Part shown: one piece after another, positions 26,299 through 35,976 of the stretch
Layout: every line of letters starts with the position of its first letter
How positions within the stretch are numbered: the stretch's first letter is position 1
Origin: a virus
Lineage: Duplodnaviria > Caudoviricetes
IMG/VR virus record: IMGVR_UViG_3300037423_001455
Span: 1-46,090 of that record
Direction: 5' to 3' (one strand)
DNA: 46,090 nt
Program-made: the position numbers and the translations under genes
The notes under the pieces: generated by a model
The model's input: only the letters and a program-made list of their open reading frames with translations
Told to the model about the DNA's origin: nothing
The model's database searches: none

Positions 26299-27692
26299 GG
26301 TATCCCCACCTCGCCTCGCGGATCTTCAACACGCCGCTGCTGATCCACCCCCAGAAGCTGGATGCGATCATCGCCGGTCTGGGGCCCCGTCTGCTGGGAG
26401 CAGCCTTGGCTCCGGGGTCTGATGGGTTGGGCGAGTCCGACCTTCTGGCGCCGGAGCTTTTTTCCACGCGCCGCGGCGAGCGCAGCGACGGCGGCTATCG
26501 CGTCAGCGAAGGCGTGGCCCTCGTGCATGTGATGGGCGCACTTGCGCACCGCACGAAACTCGACGCCGAGTCCAACTTCATCCTAGGGTACGACTCCATC
26601 GCGACCAGGCTCGAGAACGCGATGGAGGATCCAGAGGTGCATGCGATCGCCGCGATTGTCGATAGCCCGGGCGGCGAGGCACAGGGCGCATTCGAGCTCG
26701 CTCAGCGCACGTTCGAACTGCGCGGCAAGAAGCCGATGACTGCACTGGTCGACAGCATGGCGCTCTCGGCCGGTTACCTGTTCGCCAGTGCTGCCCAAGA
26801 GGTGGTGATGACCAGTGCCACCGCTCACGCAGGAAGCATCGGCGTCGTGATGCGGCATGTGGACATTTCGCGGCTCCTGGCGAATGAGGGCATCAGGGTC
26901 GAGCACATCTACGCAGGGGCACACAAGATCGACGGCAACCAGTTCGAGCCGATGTCACCGGCCGTGCGCGCCGCCTTCCAGGAGGTCGTGAATGAGCAGT
27001 ACGAGCTGTTCGTGCAGGCCATCGCGCGGTACACAGGGCTCGCAGCCGACGCAGTACGCGCGACAGAAGCGCGCGTATTTATGGGCGAGGCCGCAGTAAG
27101 TGCTGGGCTCGCGAAGCGCCTGGCCAGCGCCGACGCTGTCCTCACCGAATTGGCCGGGCGCCGTTCCCGGACATATCCCGCCGGGCAGGTGGCCCGGTCT
27201 TCTCTCTCCTCCGAAAGGAAAGGAACTTCGATGTCATCCACGAACGCCGGGGCGGACGGCAGCCAATCCGCCACCCAGCCGCCGGCGCTCACCGCCGCGG
27301 ACGTCGAGAAGGCGCGCGCCGAAGGCCGTGCCGAAGGTGCGACGCAGGAGCGCACCCGCATCAAGGCCGTCATGGCGCTGTCCGCTTCGATGCCGGGACA
27401 CCAGGAGCTGGTGCACAAGCTGGCGTTCGAATCCGACACGCCGGCCGGCGAGGCCGCCTTGCAGGTGATCGCCGCGGAAGGAGAGCTGCGCGCCAAGCGC
27501 GGCCAGGACCACCTGAACGACGCGCCCGGGGCGCTGCCGCTCAAGCCGTCCGCCACCGTGCGCAACGAGGGTGGAAAGCAGGAGCTGTCGCGCGCGGAGC
27601 TGGATCGCAAGGCCAAGGAGTACATGGCCGCCAACAAGGGCGTCAGCTACGTCGCCGCCGTGAAGCACATCGAAGCAACCCAAGGAGCCTGA
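26295..27692 (+). CDS. S49 prohead protease with C-terminal scaffold
   Basis: VDSPGG, ALSAGY, GSIGV, AGAHKIDGN. Confidence 0.92.
   Translation: MRYPHLASRIFNTPLLIHPQKLDAIIAGLGPRLLGAALAPGSDGLGESDLLAPELFSTRRGERSDGGYRVSEGVALVHVMGALAHRTKLDAESNFILGYDSIATRLENAMEDPEVHAIAAIVDSPGGEAQGAFELAQRTFELRGKKPMTALVDSMALSAGYLFASAAQEVVMTSATAHAGSIGVVMRHVDISRLLANEGIRVEHIYAGAHKIDGNQFEPMSPAVRAAFQEVVNEQYELFVQAIARYTGLAADAVRATEARVFMGEAAVSAGLAKRLASADAVLTELAGRRSRTYPAGQVARSSLSSERKGTSMSSTNAGADGSQSATQPPALTAADVEKARAEGRAEGATQERTRIKAVMALSASMPGHQELVHKLAFESDTPAGEAALQVIAAEGELRAKRGQDHLNDAPGALPLKPSATVRNEGGKQELSRAELDRKAKEYMAANKGVSYVAAVKHIEATQGA
27231..27692 (+). CDS. Nested in-frame scaffold protein (Nu3-like)
   Basis: GAAAGGAAAGGA RBS before an in-frame ATG. 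Confidence 0.65.
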   Translation: MSSTNAGADGSQSATQPPALTAADVEKARAEGRAEGATQERTRIKAVMALSASMPGHQELVHKLAFESDTPAGEAALQVIAAEGELRAKRGQDHLNDAPGALPLKPSATVRNEGGKQELSRAELDRKAKEYMAANKGVSYVAAVKHIEATQGA

Positions 27693-27696
27693 CGCC

Positions 27697-28035
27697 ATGG
27701 CCGCTGCCTACAAGGACGTCGACGTCGTCGGCGTGAACGTAACCCAAGCCATCGCGCAGTGGCAGCCCGTGACGGCTGCCGGTGCGCTCGCTGCCGCCGC
27801 GGGCAACTCCCTCGGCTTCGCCATGCAGGCCACCGCTTCCGGCGGCCGCTGCCCGGTGCTCTGGATGGGCCGCTCGATCGCCGTTGCCGGCGGGGCCATC
27901 GCGCAGGGCGCGCTGGTCGAAATCGGCGCCGGCGGCACGGTCGTCACGAAGGCTGCCGGCGTCACGGTGGGCCGCGCGCTGACCGCTGCGGCGGCCAACG
28001 GCGACCAGATCGAGGTCGCGCTGATCCCGAACTGA
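27697..28035 (+). CDS. Capsid cement/decoration protein
   Basis: Ala/Gly-rich 112 aa ending GDQIEV; between protease and capsid. Confidence 0.8.
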   Translation: MAAAYKDVDVVGVNVTQAIAQWQPVTAAGALAAAAGNSLGFAMQATASGGRCPVLWMGRSIAVAGGAIAQGALVEIGAGGTVVTKAAGVTVGRALTAAAANGDQIEVALIPN

Positions 28036-28058
28036 TCGCAACTTCCAGGAGCACCACA

Positions 28059-29003
28059 ATGGCTGGCCTCAACCTCTCCCAGACGCGGATCGTCGATCCC
28101 GTCCTGACCTCGATCGCGCAGGGCTATCAGAACAACGAGATGGTCGCGCAGTTCCTGTTCCCGCGCGTCGACGTGACGGTGCGCGGTGGGCAGATCATCC
28201 AGTTCGGCAAGGAAGCGTTCATGCTGTACGCGGCGCAGCGTGCGCCCGGCGAGAACACGAAGCGCGTGCAGTTCGGCTACGCCGGCGTGCCGTTCGCCCT
28301 CGTCGACTACAGCCTGGAAGGCCAGGTGCCGATCGAGAACCTGCAGGAAGCCGAGAACGGCCCCGGCATCGACGCGGCACAGATCGCGATCGATGGCGTC
28401 GGCGCGATCTTCGACCTGCGCCTGGAGAAGTTCTCCGCCGACCTGGCGCGCAACGCCGCGAACTATCCAGCGGCCAACAAGATCACCCTCTCGGGCACGT
28501 CGCAGTGGTCGGACTTTTCGGGCGTGAGCAGTCCGGCCTCCAACATCGAGACGGGCAAGGAAGCGATCCGCGCTGCCACCGGCAGGCTGCCCAACACGAT
28601 GGTGATGGGCCCGAGCGTGCTCTCTCGCCTGCGCCTGCATCCCGCGATCATCGACCGCATGAAGTACACCGGCCGCGACGTGGCGACGCCGGAGTTCCTC
28701 GGCGCGCTCTTCGGCATCGAGCGGGTGGTCGTCGGCAACGCGATCTACAGCAACGACGCCGGCACGGGCTTCACCGATGTGTGGGGAAAGGACGTCGTGC
28801 TCGCGTACACGAACCTCGCCGCGGTGCGCAGCCGCGGCACGCCCACGTATGGCTACACGTACAACCTGCGCGGCTACCCGCAGGCCGAAGAGCCGTACAT
28901 GGATCGCAACGCCAAGTCCTGGCTCTACCCGGTCGACCGCAGCGAGGCGCCCGTCATCGCCGCAGCGTCGGCCGGCTACCTGATCACCAACGCCGTCGCC
29001 TGA
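28059..29003 (+). CDS. Major capsid protein
   Basis: IVDPVLTSIAQGY...; 314 aa; synteny. Confidence 0.88.
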   Translation: MAGLNLSQTRIVDPVLTSIAQGYQNNEMVAQFLFPRVDVTVRGGQIIQFGKEAFMLYAAQRAPGENTKRVQFGYAGVPFALVDYSLEGQVPIENLQEAENGPGIDAAQIAIDGVGAIFDLRLEKFSADLARNAANYPAANKITLSGTSQWSDFSGVSSPASNIETGKEAIRAATGRLPNTMVMGPSVLSRLRLHPAIIDRMKYTGRDVATPEFLGALFGIERVVVGNAIYSNDAGTGFTDVWGKDVVLAYTNLAAVRSRGTPTYGYTYNLRGYPQAEEPYMDRNAKSWLYPVDRSEAPVIAAASAGYLITNAVA

Positions 29004-29035
29004 TCCGGCGACACCACCGCAGGAGAAACAGCACC

Positions 29036-29302
29036 ATGAAGATCACCGTCCGCAGTCCCGTGCAGCACGATGGCGTGACCTACTCGGAAGGCCGGCACGA
29101 CGTCGAGGACGAAGATGTCGCCCAAGCCCTGATTTCTTCCGGCGCAGCCACCGAGGGCTGGACCGAGAAGGAGGGCGCGCTCAGCCAGTCCGGCACGCAG
29201 ACTCCGCCCGCGCGGTCGGCGCCGACCTCCACGCCGCGCCGCGGCGCCGTCGACGAGCATCCGGACAAGACCAGTTCGGGCGCCTCGAAGTCCAAGAGCT
29301 GA
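29036..29302 (+). CDS. Small post-capsid protein (packaging chaperone-like)
   Basis: PVQHDGVTYSEG...ALISSGAA; AGGAG RBS. Confidence 0.65.
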   Translation: MKITVRSPVQHDGVTYSEGRHDVEDEDVAQALISSGAATEGWTEKEGALSQSGTQTPPARSAPTSTPRRGAVDEHPDKTSSGASKSKS

Positions 29303-29314
29303 GGCTGACCAGCC

Positions 29315-29605
29315 ATGCCCTTCGCCGAGAACCTCTCGACGTTCTTCGCCGACTTCGGCACGCAGGCGCTGTTCGACGGCGCCTCGGCGCCGGTACTAGC
29401 CATCTTCGACGGCGCGGCGGACACGTCGGTTCTCGGCGGCATGGGCATGGCTACGACCTCTCCGGCGCTGACCTTGCCTACCTCGGACGTTCCAGACCCG
29501 GTAGAAGGCCTGGGCGTCGCGGTTGAAGGCGGCCAGTACCGCGTGGCCGAGCACCGGCCTGACGGAACGGGCATGTCCACTCTTTTTCTCACGAGGGTGG
29601 CATGA
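29315..29605 (+). CDS. Head-tail connector/closure protein
   Basis: YRVAEHRPDGTGMSTLFL; synteny. Confidence 0.75.
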   Translation: MPFAENLSTFFADFGTQALFDGASAPVLAIFDGAADTSVLGGMGMATTSPALTLPTSDVPDPVEGLGVAVEGGQYRVAEHRPDGTGMSTLFLTRVA

Positions 29606-30045
29606 CGGGCGCGCATCCCGAGCTTGTGTCGGCGGTGAAGGCGCTGCTCGCCGCAGACCCGCCTGTATCCGCGGCGATCTTCGTGAACCGCCGCCGCGCC
29701 GTGGCGCAGGACCAGCCGAACGCGCTGGTGGTGCGCATCGACACCTCAGACCCGGAGGAGGGTGCGATCCAGGGAGCCCCCGTGGACTGGAGCACCTCGC
29801 TGGCCGTCGAGTGCTACGCCCGCGGCGCGGACGACGAAGACGCGTTCCAGGACGTGCACGACCTCGCGGCGCAGGTCTGGCAGCGCGTCATGAGCGATCC
29901 CACCCTAGGCGGCCTGGCTATGGGCATCGAGCCGGGCCGCCTGGAGTGGGATTTCGAGAACACCGGCGAATTCCTCGCCGTCGAGATCCTGAACTTCACT
30001 GCGCTGCACCAGACGGCAGCCAACATCCTGGAGAGCCAGTCATGA
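29602..30045 (+). CDS. Tail terminator-like protein
   Basis: Acidic 147 aa, DPTLGGLA; upstream of tube gene. Confidence 0.7.
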   Translation: MTGAHPELVSAVKALLAADPPVSAAIFVNRRRAVAQDQPNALVVRIDTSDPEEGAIQGAPVDWSTSLAVECYARGADDEDAFQDVHDLAAQVWQRVMSDPTLGGLAMGIEPGRLEWDFENTGEFLAVEILNFTALHQTAANILESQS

Positions 30046-30254
30046 GCGACGCGACGGCACCCAAGCAGCAGCTTCCGACCGAGGGTGGCAGCTACGAGCG
30101 CACCGAGGGCGGCGAGCTGCAGCGCTCGGAAGGCACCGAGGCGGCGCCGGAGCGCGCGCAGCCCGAACCGGACGGCCAAGGCACCGCGCGGCCGGCGGAA
30201 GAAGAACCTGCGCATCAGCCCCGCCGCAGCCGGCGCCAGGACACGCAGGAGTAA
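30042..30254 (+). CDS. Small low-complexity protein
   Basis: GGSYER motif; ATGA overlap. Confidence 0.55.
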   Translation: MSDATAPKQQLPTEGGSYERTEGGELQRSEGTEAAPERAQPEPDGQGTARPAEEEPAHQPRRSRRQDTQE

Positions 30255-30260
30255 CGCGCC

Positions 30261-31244
30261 ATGGCCATCACCCGCTACATCCGCAAGACCGCCGTCCTGG
30301 CCGGCATGGAGGCCACCTACGGCCTGGACCCCGCGCTCACCGGCGCGGCCAACGCCATGCTGGTGAGCAACGTCAACTTCACGCCGCTGAACTCGCAGAA
30401 CGTCGACCGAGGACTGCTGCGCAATTTCTTCGGAGCCTCGGAGCAGTTGATCGGCACGGCCGATCAGCTCATAAGCTTCGACGTCGAGATCGCCGGCAGC
30501 GGCGTGGCCGGCACCCCTCCCGCCTGGGGTCCGCTGCTGCGGGGCTGCGCCTTCGCCCAAGTGATCACGGCCGGCAGCCGCGTGGAGTACACGCCGATCA
30601 CGGACGCTCAGGAGTCGGCAGCCATCTATCTTGCCGACGCGCAGGGTTCGGACGGGCAGGGCGCGCTGCACAGGCTGCTGGGCGCGCGCGGCAACGTGCA
30701 GTTCCGGCTCGGCCTGGGCGACAAGCCAGTCATGTCGTACAACTTCATCGGCCTGTACGTCCCGCCGACGGCGGCAGCCAATCCGGTGCCGACTTACACG
30801 GCATTCAAGACGCCGCTGGTCGTCACGGATGCCAACAGCGGCGACATCACCCTCGGAGGAGCCTACGCCAACGGCGTGATCACCGGCGGCACTTCCTATC
30901 CGTCGCGAGGCCTTGAGTTCAACGTTGGCAACCAACTCGATCACGCGGCGCTGCTGGGCGACGAATCGGTGGACGTGACGGACCGCGAGGTGACCGGCAG
31001 CTTCCAGCTGAAGCTCTCGGCCGCCCAGGAGGTTGCCAACCTCGCCTCGGTGCGCGCCAACACGCTGCAGTCGTTGTCCTTCCAACACGGCACGGTCGCC
31101 GGGAACATCTTCCTGATGTATACGCCGGCAATCCAGCTCGTGAGCCCCACCAAGCAGGAGCAGAGCGGCAGGCGCCTCGGCGGCTACGACTTCCGGGCGC
31201 TGCCGGTCGTGGGCAACGACGAACTGATGATCTGCATGAAGTAG
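30261..31244 (+). CDS. Major tail tube protein
   Basis: EATYGLDP, PAWGPLLRGC, GNDEL; synteny. Confidence 0.82.
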   Translation: MAITRYIRKTAVLAGMEATYGLDPALTGAANAMLVSNVNFTPLNSQNVDRGLLRNFFGASEQLIGTADQLISFDVEIAGSGVAGTPPAWGPLLRGCAFAQVITAGSRVEYTPITDAQESAAIYLADAQGSDGQGALHRLLGARGNVQFRLGLGDKPVMSYNFIGLYVPPTAAANPVPTYTAFKTPLVVTDANSGDITLGGAYANGVITGGTSYPSRGLEFNVGNQLDHAALLGDESVDVTDREVTGSFQLKLSAAQEVANLASVRANTLQSLSFQHGTVAGNIFLMYTPAIQLVSPTKQEQSGRRLGGYDFRALPVVGNDELMICMK

Positions 31245-31258
31245 GGGAGTCGCGGCGG

Positions 31259-31588
31259 ATGTTCTTCGACCTGAATCCGGCTCCGACGTTCCAGGCCACG
31301 GTGCAGATCACGCAGCCTGGCGGAGGGCACCGACCACTGCCGCTCGTGTTCAACCACAAGACGCGCACACAGCTCAGTGATGCCCAGAAGAAGTGGGAGA
31401 GCTCGGATTCAGCGATGGCAGCGGATCTAGCCATGGCGGCCGACATCGTGCACGCGGTCCCTCAGCTCCCCGATGGCACGACGCAGGAGAAGTTCTTCGC
31501 GCAGCTGTTCGAGAACTTCCCAGCGAGCGCGTCCGACGTCTACTCGACCTACATCCGCGAGCTGCACTCGTCGCGCATAAAAAACTGA
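31259..31588 (+). CDS. Tail assembly chaperone (gpG-like)
   Basis: Ends ATA AAA AAC TGA at a slippery site. Confidence 0.82.
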   Translation: MFFDLNPAPTFQATVQITQPGGGHRPLPLVFNHKTRTQLSDAQKKWESSDSAMAADLAMAADIVHAVPQLPDGTTQEKFFAQLFENFPASASDVYSTYIRELHSSRIKN

Positions 31589-31926
31589 AGGAGGCGGCCG
31601 TGCGATTGGTGCAGGGTACGACCGCCGATGACGGCAACTCGCACGAGAACGGCTTGGCGGTGCTGGGCCTGAAGCTGGACGCTCCGACCGACGAGGACCG
31701 GCCTTTCACCGTGTGGCCCGAGAACGAGCAGATCGTGGACGTCTTCGGCCACATGCTCACGCAGTTCCACATCGCCGAGGGTGGCATCGTGCTGGGCCTG
31801 CGGTACGAGGGCCTGCCGCACGTGTACCGGGCGCTGCGCGTCGGCCCGGGCCGCCAGCGGAAGATCTTCCCTGCGCTGCAGGTCATGGAAGGCGCCGCGG
31901 TGGCGGCGCTGAACCGGAAGCACTGA
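31579..31926 (+). CDS. gpT-like -1 frameshift extension (DUF1799-like)
   Basis: -1 frame open: VWPENE...TQF...LGLRYE...LQVMEGAA. Confidence 0.78.
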   Translation, partial: KKLKEAAVRLVQGTTADDGNSHENGLAVLGLKLDAPTDEDRPFTVWPENEQIVDVFGHMLTQFHIAEGGIVLGLRYEGLPHVYRALRVGPGRQRKIFPALQVMEGAAVAALNRKH

Positions 31927-31928
31927 CC

Positions 31929-34586
31929 GTGCCCGACCAGATCAACCGCATCATCCTGCAGGGGGTCGACCAGACCGGTCCGGCAACACTGTCGGCGACG
32001 CGGAACATGGTTGGCCTGAGCAACACAGCCCAGATGTCGGCCAAGCAGATGACGGCCGCCATGCGCGGGGTACCGGCGCAGATCACGGACATCGTGGTGA
32101 GCCTGGCGTCCGGCCAGAAGCCCCTGACGGTGCTGCTGCAGCAGGGCGGGCAGCTGAAGGACATGTTCGGTGGCGTGGTGCCTGCGGCGAAGGCGCTGGG
32201 CGCGTCGCTGCTGGCCCTGGTCAACCCGACGACCATCATCGCCGGCGCCGCGGGCGCGCTCGCGATCGCCTACCTGCAGGGGGCGAAGGAGTCCGACGAG
32301 CTCAATCGCGTGCTGATTCTCACCGGCAACTACGCCGGCCAGACCGCCGGCTCGCTGAACGAGATGGCCAAAGCCATTTCGGCCAACGGCAAGGTCACGC
32401 GCAGCGAAGCGGTCGACGCGCTCGTCCAGGTGATCGCCACCGGTAAGGTGGCCCACGACCAGCTCCAAACTGTCGCGCAAGCAGCGGTCGACTGGGCAAA
32501 GGTCACGGGTGATTCCGTGAAGACCGTGGTGAGCCGGTTCGTGGAGCTGGGCGACGAGCCCACCAAGGCCTCGGCGAAGCTGAACGAGCAGTACCACTTC
32601 CTCACAGCCAGCGTGTACGCGCAGATCGCGGCGCTGGAGCAACAGGGCACGAAGGAGCAGGCCGCGGCCGTCGCGCAGAAGGCGCTGGCGGACGCGGCGA
32701 GAGAGCGCGCGAAGGCTGTCACCGAGAACCTGGGGTTCCTCGAGACCGCATGGAACGGCGTCGGCAAGGCCGCGAGCTGGGCCTGGGACAAGATGCTGGG
32801 CATCGGCCGCGACCAGACCGGCGCCGAGCAGCTTACCGCCAAGCGGCAGGAGCTCGCCATCCGCCTACAGCGCGGCCCCATGCGGCCGGATGATCCCGCC
32901 TCGGTGCGAGCATTCGAGGCCGGCAACGAGGCGCTGCGCAAGGAAATCGAGCTCATGCAGCGCCTGGGCAAGGCGCAGGCCGATACCGCCAAGCAGGCAG
33001 GCGACGCCCAGCGCGCACAGGACGCCGCGATTAGCGCCAGCGAACGGGTGCGAGCCCTGGAGGACCAGGCCAAGGGCATCGCTGCCGTCGACCGCGAGCT
33101 GAAGAAGTACCGCGACGACCTGGCCGCAATCCGTAAGGTCGACCCGAACAGCCCGCTGCTCGACCCCGCCACTGTCAAGCGCACCGAGGCCGACATCCGC
33201 AAACGTTTCGCCGGCCCTGTGCCGGAGCAATCGATCGATGCCCGAATCAAGCAGCTGCAGGGCGCGCTCGAGGCGGAGGAGCGCAGCACGAAGATGTCGC
33301 TGGACCGCATCCGCACTGACTACGACGTGGGCGTGCTGACGACGCAGCAATACCTCGACCGCGAATACGAGGTGCGGCAGGCGGGATTGGAACGCGAGAT
33401 CGCGATTGCGAAGAAACAGGAACAGCTCGCGCGCGGGAAAAGCAACATCGCGGCGGTCGAGCAGTACAAGAACGAGCAGAAGAAGCTGCAGGACCAGATC
33501 GAGGCGAACTTCATCCAGCACAACGCGCAGCTCGAGGTGCTGACGGCCAAGCGCCAGCGTGCGGTGGCGGATTACGCGCGCAGCCTCAGCGTGGAGCTGC
33601 GGGACCGCCAAGGCAGCATGGACGACACCCTTGCCGGCGCTGGCCTGTCCGCACGCCAGCAGCAGGAACAGCAGCGCCTGCTCGATGTGCGGCGCGACTT
33701 CGAGCGCCGGCGCGAGGCCCTCGACCAAGCCCGCGCGAAGCCGGAAGCCGAAGGTGGCATCAACCAGGAGGTCTACGACCGCGAGCTCGCTGCGCTGCAG
33801 GGCTTCTACAACGCGCGACTCGCCCAGGAGCAGGATTACAACGTGAGGTCGCAGGCGCTGCGTGAAGACTGGCGGGTGGGCTTCAAGGCAGCGTTCGCGG
33901 AGTACGTGGACAGCGCGCGCGACGCGGCGAGCCAGTCGGGCAGGTTCTTCACCACCACCCTGGGGGGCATGGAAGAAGCGCTGGTGCGGTTCCAGACGAC
34001 GGGCAAATTCGGCTTCCGCGAGTTCGCCACCACGATCATCGGCGAGATCGCCCGGATCAACGCCAAGGCCGCCGTGTCCTATCTGTTCGGCCAAGGCGGC
34101 GGGGGCGGTGGGCTGCTCGAACAGATCGGCGCCGCCATCTTCGGCCGCTCCGGCGGGATGTCGCCTTTCCCCGATGCGGGATCCTTTGCGCTGCCACTCA
34201 CGGTGGCCGCGAAGGGCAATGTGTTCAGCGCGCGAGCGCTGCGCGACTACTCCAACCGCATCGTGGACCGGCCGACGCTGTTCGCTTTCGCCAAGGGCGC
34301 GGGCCTCATGGGCGAGGCGGGCGCGGAGGCTGTCATGCCGCTGCGGCGCGGGCGCGACGGCCGACTCGGCGTCGATGCAGCGGCGGCGAGCGTGAACGTC
34401 TCGATTGCGAACCTCGGCCCTCCGATGGAGGTAGTGTCCCAACGCCGCTCCGGCTCCGATCTGCAGCTGGTCGTGCAGGCGGCTGTGCAGGCATCAAGAC
34501 AAGCCGTTGCGCGCGACATACGCGGCCAGCCGAACAGCCAGATTTCCCAGGCCCTGACGGGCCGCGGCCTGAGACCGGGGCGATGA
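31929..34586 (+). CDS. Tape measure protein
   Basis: VPAQITDIVVSL...LLQQGGQLKDMFGG; helical; GLMGEAGAEAVMPL. Confidence 0.93.
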   Translation: MPDQINRIILQGVDQTGPATLSATRNMVGLSNTAQMSAKQMTAAMRGVPAQITDIVVSLASGQKPLTVLLQQGGQLKDMFGGVVPAAKALGASLLALVNPTTIIAGAAGALAIAYLQGAKESDELNRVLILTGNYAGQTAGSLNEMAKAISANGKVTRSEAVDALVQVIATGKVAHDQLQTVAQAAVDWAKVTGDSVKTVVSRFVELGDEPTKASAKLNEQYHFLTASVYAQIAALEQQGTKEQAAAVAQKALADAARERAKAVTENLGFLETAWNGVGKAASWAWDKMLGIGRDQTGAEQLTAKRQELAIRLQRGPMRPDDPASVRAFEAGNEALRKEIELMQRLGKAQADTAKQAGDAQRAQDAAISASERVRALEDQAKGIAAVDRELKKYRDDLAAIRKVDPNSPLLDPATVKRTEADIRKRFAGPVPEQSIDARIKQLQGALEAEERSTKMSLDRIRTDYDVGVLTTQQYLDREYEVRQAGLEREIAIAKKQEQLARGKSNIAAVEQYKNEQKKLQDQIEANFIQHNAQLEVLTAKRQRAVADYARSLSVELRDRQGSMDDTLAGAGLSARQQQEQQRLLDVRRDFERRREALDQARAKPEAEGGINQEVYDRELAALQGFYNARLAQEQDYNVRSQALREDWRVGFKAAFAEYVDSARDAASQSGRFFTTTLGGMEEALVRFQTTGKFGFREFATTIIGEIARINAKAAVSYLFGQGGGGGGLLEQIGAAIFGRSGGMSPFPDAGSFALPLTVAAKGNVFSARALRDYSNRIVDRPTLFAFAKGAGLMGEAGAEAVMPLRRGRDGRLGVDAAAASVNVSIANLGPPMEVVSQRRSGSDLQLVVQAAVQASRQAVARDIRGQPNSQISQALTGRGLRPGR

Positions 34587-35084
34587 ATGCCGCTGCCCAC
34601 CATTCCCGCGGGAATCTTCTTCACCGTCTCGGGCTACACCTCCGAGGGCCCGGGTGGCGTGAGCGCGTCAGAAGTCGCAGGCGGCCTGCCGCGCGTGGCG
34701 ATGGAGTGGGATCGAGGCGTGCAGGCATTCCGTGGCACCGCGATCTGCAAGCCGATCGAGTTCGAGATGTGGACGCTGTTCTATCTCCACACGATCAAAA
34801 AGGGGGCGATTTCGTTCCAGATGTACCTGGACAGCGGCTTGGGCGTGTCGCTGCACAACGTGACGATGATCCCCGGCTCGTATGCGACAGCGCGTTCCAG
34901 CAACGGCGTCGACACGGCCGTGACCTTCGGCGTGTGGGCCGAGAGCCAGGGGTACGGCATGACGGCTGACGAGGCTGCCGACGTCCTCGCGCTCTACGAA
35001 GCGACCAGAGAGACGCTGTCGCCGCTGCTCGCGCGGGTGGCGACCTTCGTGGCCGACGACATGGACTCGGTGAGCGCGCCATGA
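34587..35084 (+). CDS. Distal tail (gpM-like) protein
   Basis: Position after TMP; size. Confidence 0.6.
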   Translation: MPLPTIPAGIFFTVSGYTSEGPGGVSASEVAGGLPRVAMEWDRGVQAFRGTAICKPIEFEMWTLFYLHTIKKGAISFQMYLDSGLGVSLHNVTMIPGSYATARSSNGVDTAVTFGVWAESQGYGMTADEAADVLALYEATRETLSPLLARVATFVADDMDSVSAP

Positions 35085-35587
35085 GCCTGGACCTCGAAAG
35101 CAGCCTTCGCGAGTTCTTCGCCGCGTCCCCGCAGAGGAAATACCGCGTGCCGACCCTGCAGATCGGACACAGCGCGATGACGAAGACCTACTACCTGTGG
35201 AGGGAGCCATACGCGGGCGAGATCACCACCGAGGACGGCGTGCAGGCCGTTCAGTTCCTGCCGTTTCAGGAGCAGATCGCTGGCAGCGAGAGCCACCTCG
35301 ACCAGGTATTCGAGCTCGCCCTGGACACGACGGAGGCGGAGGACGATTTCCGTACCGAAATGGCGCGCATTCCGATTGAGACCACCGAGCGCGTGCAGGT
35401 CATCTTTCGCGAGTACCTGAGCGACGATCTCACCGAGGCTCTCACTCGCGCGGTGCTGCAGGTCGAAAGCGTCGTCTATACCACCGGCGCGGCCAAGATC
35501 ACGGCAGTCTCTCCGCGCCTGAATGTAACGCGCACGGGCGAGCTGTACACGCCACGGGAAATCCCCATGCTGCGGAGCCTGCTGTGA
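35081..35587 (+). CDS. Minor tail protein (DUF1833-like)
   Basis: FREYLSDDL, TGELYT; synteny. Confidence 0.7.
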   Translation: MSLDLESSLREFFAASPQRKYRVPTLQIGHSAMTKTYYLWREPYAGEITTEDGVQAVQFLPFQEQIAGSESHLDQVFELALDTTEAEDDFRTEMARIPIETTERVQVIFREYLSDDLTEALTRAVLQVESVVYTTGAAKITAVSPRLNVTRTGELYTPREIPMLRSLL

Positions 35588-35976
35588 CCGCGATGCTGGA
35601 CGTCAACACCTATCTTGGCCGGGTCTACGAGGGCGACGCTCCGTGCTGGCAGTTGGTGGCAGACGTGTACCGCGACCTGCTGGGCACCGACCCTGCAGAA
35701 GTAGACACGGTCAGCGAAACGATCCGTCGGCTGGCGCGCGTCTTCCGCCTGGAGCTGCACAAGCGGCAGCACGGCATGCACCAGCTCGACGAACCGCGTG
35801 ATTTCGCGGTTGTACTGATGTGGCCCTCGGATAGCAAGAAGCGGCCGCATTGCGGAGTGTGGTGGCAGGGCAAGATCCTGCACGCAGCGGAGGCCGGCAA
35901 CTTCTACCAGGACCTCGCCTCGCTGCAGGACACCTACCAGGCCATGGAGTGGTGGGGTCGGGAGGACGCGGCATGA
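35584..35976 (+). CDS. NlpC/P60-like tail assembly protein (gpK-like)
   Basis: CWQLV...HCGVW...ILHA. Confidence 0.75.
   Translation: MTAMLDVNTYLGRVYEGDAPCWQLVADVYRDLLGTDPAEVDTVSETIRRLARVFRLELHKRQHGMHQLDEPRDFAVVLMWPSDSKKRPHCGVWWQGKILHAAEAGNFYQDLASLQDTYQAMEWWGREDAA

Noticed and set aside
32865-34442. Long antisense ORFs (also 42712-44490, 20296-21636, 9581-10918 and others)
   Set aside because: Shadow frames of high-GC genes; no motifs or RBS
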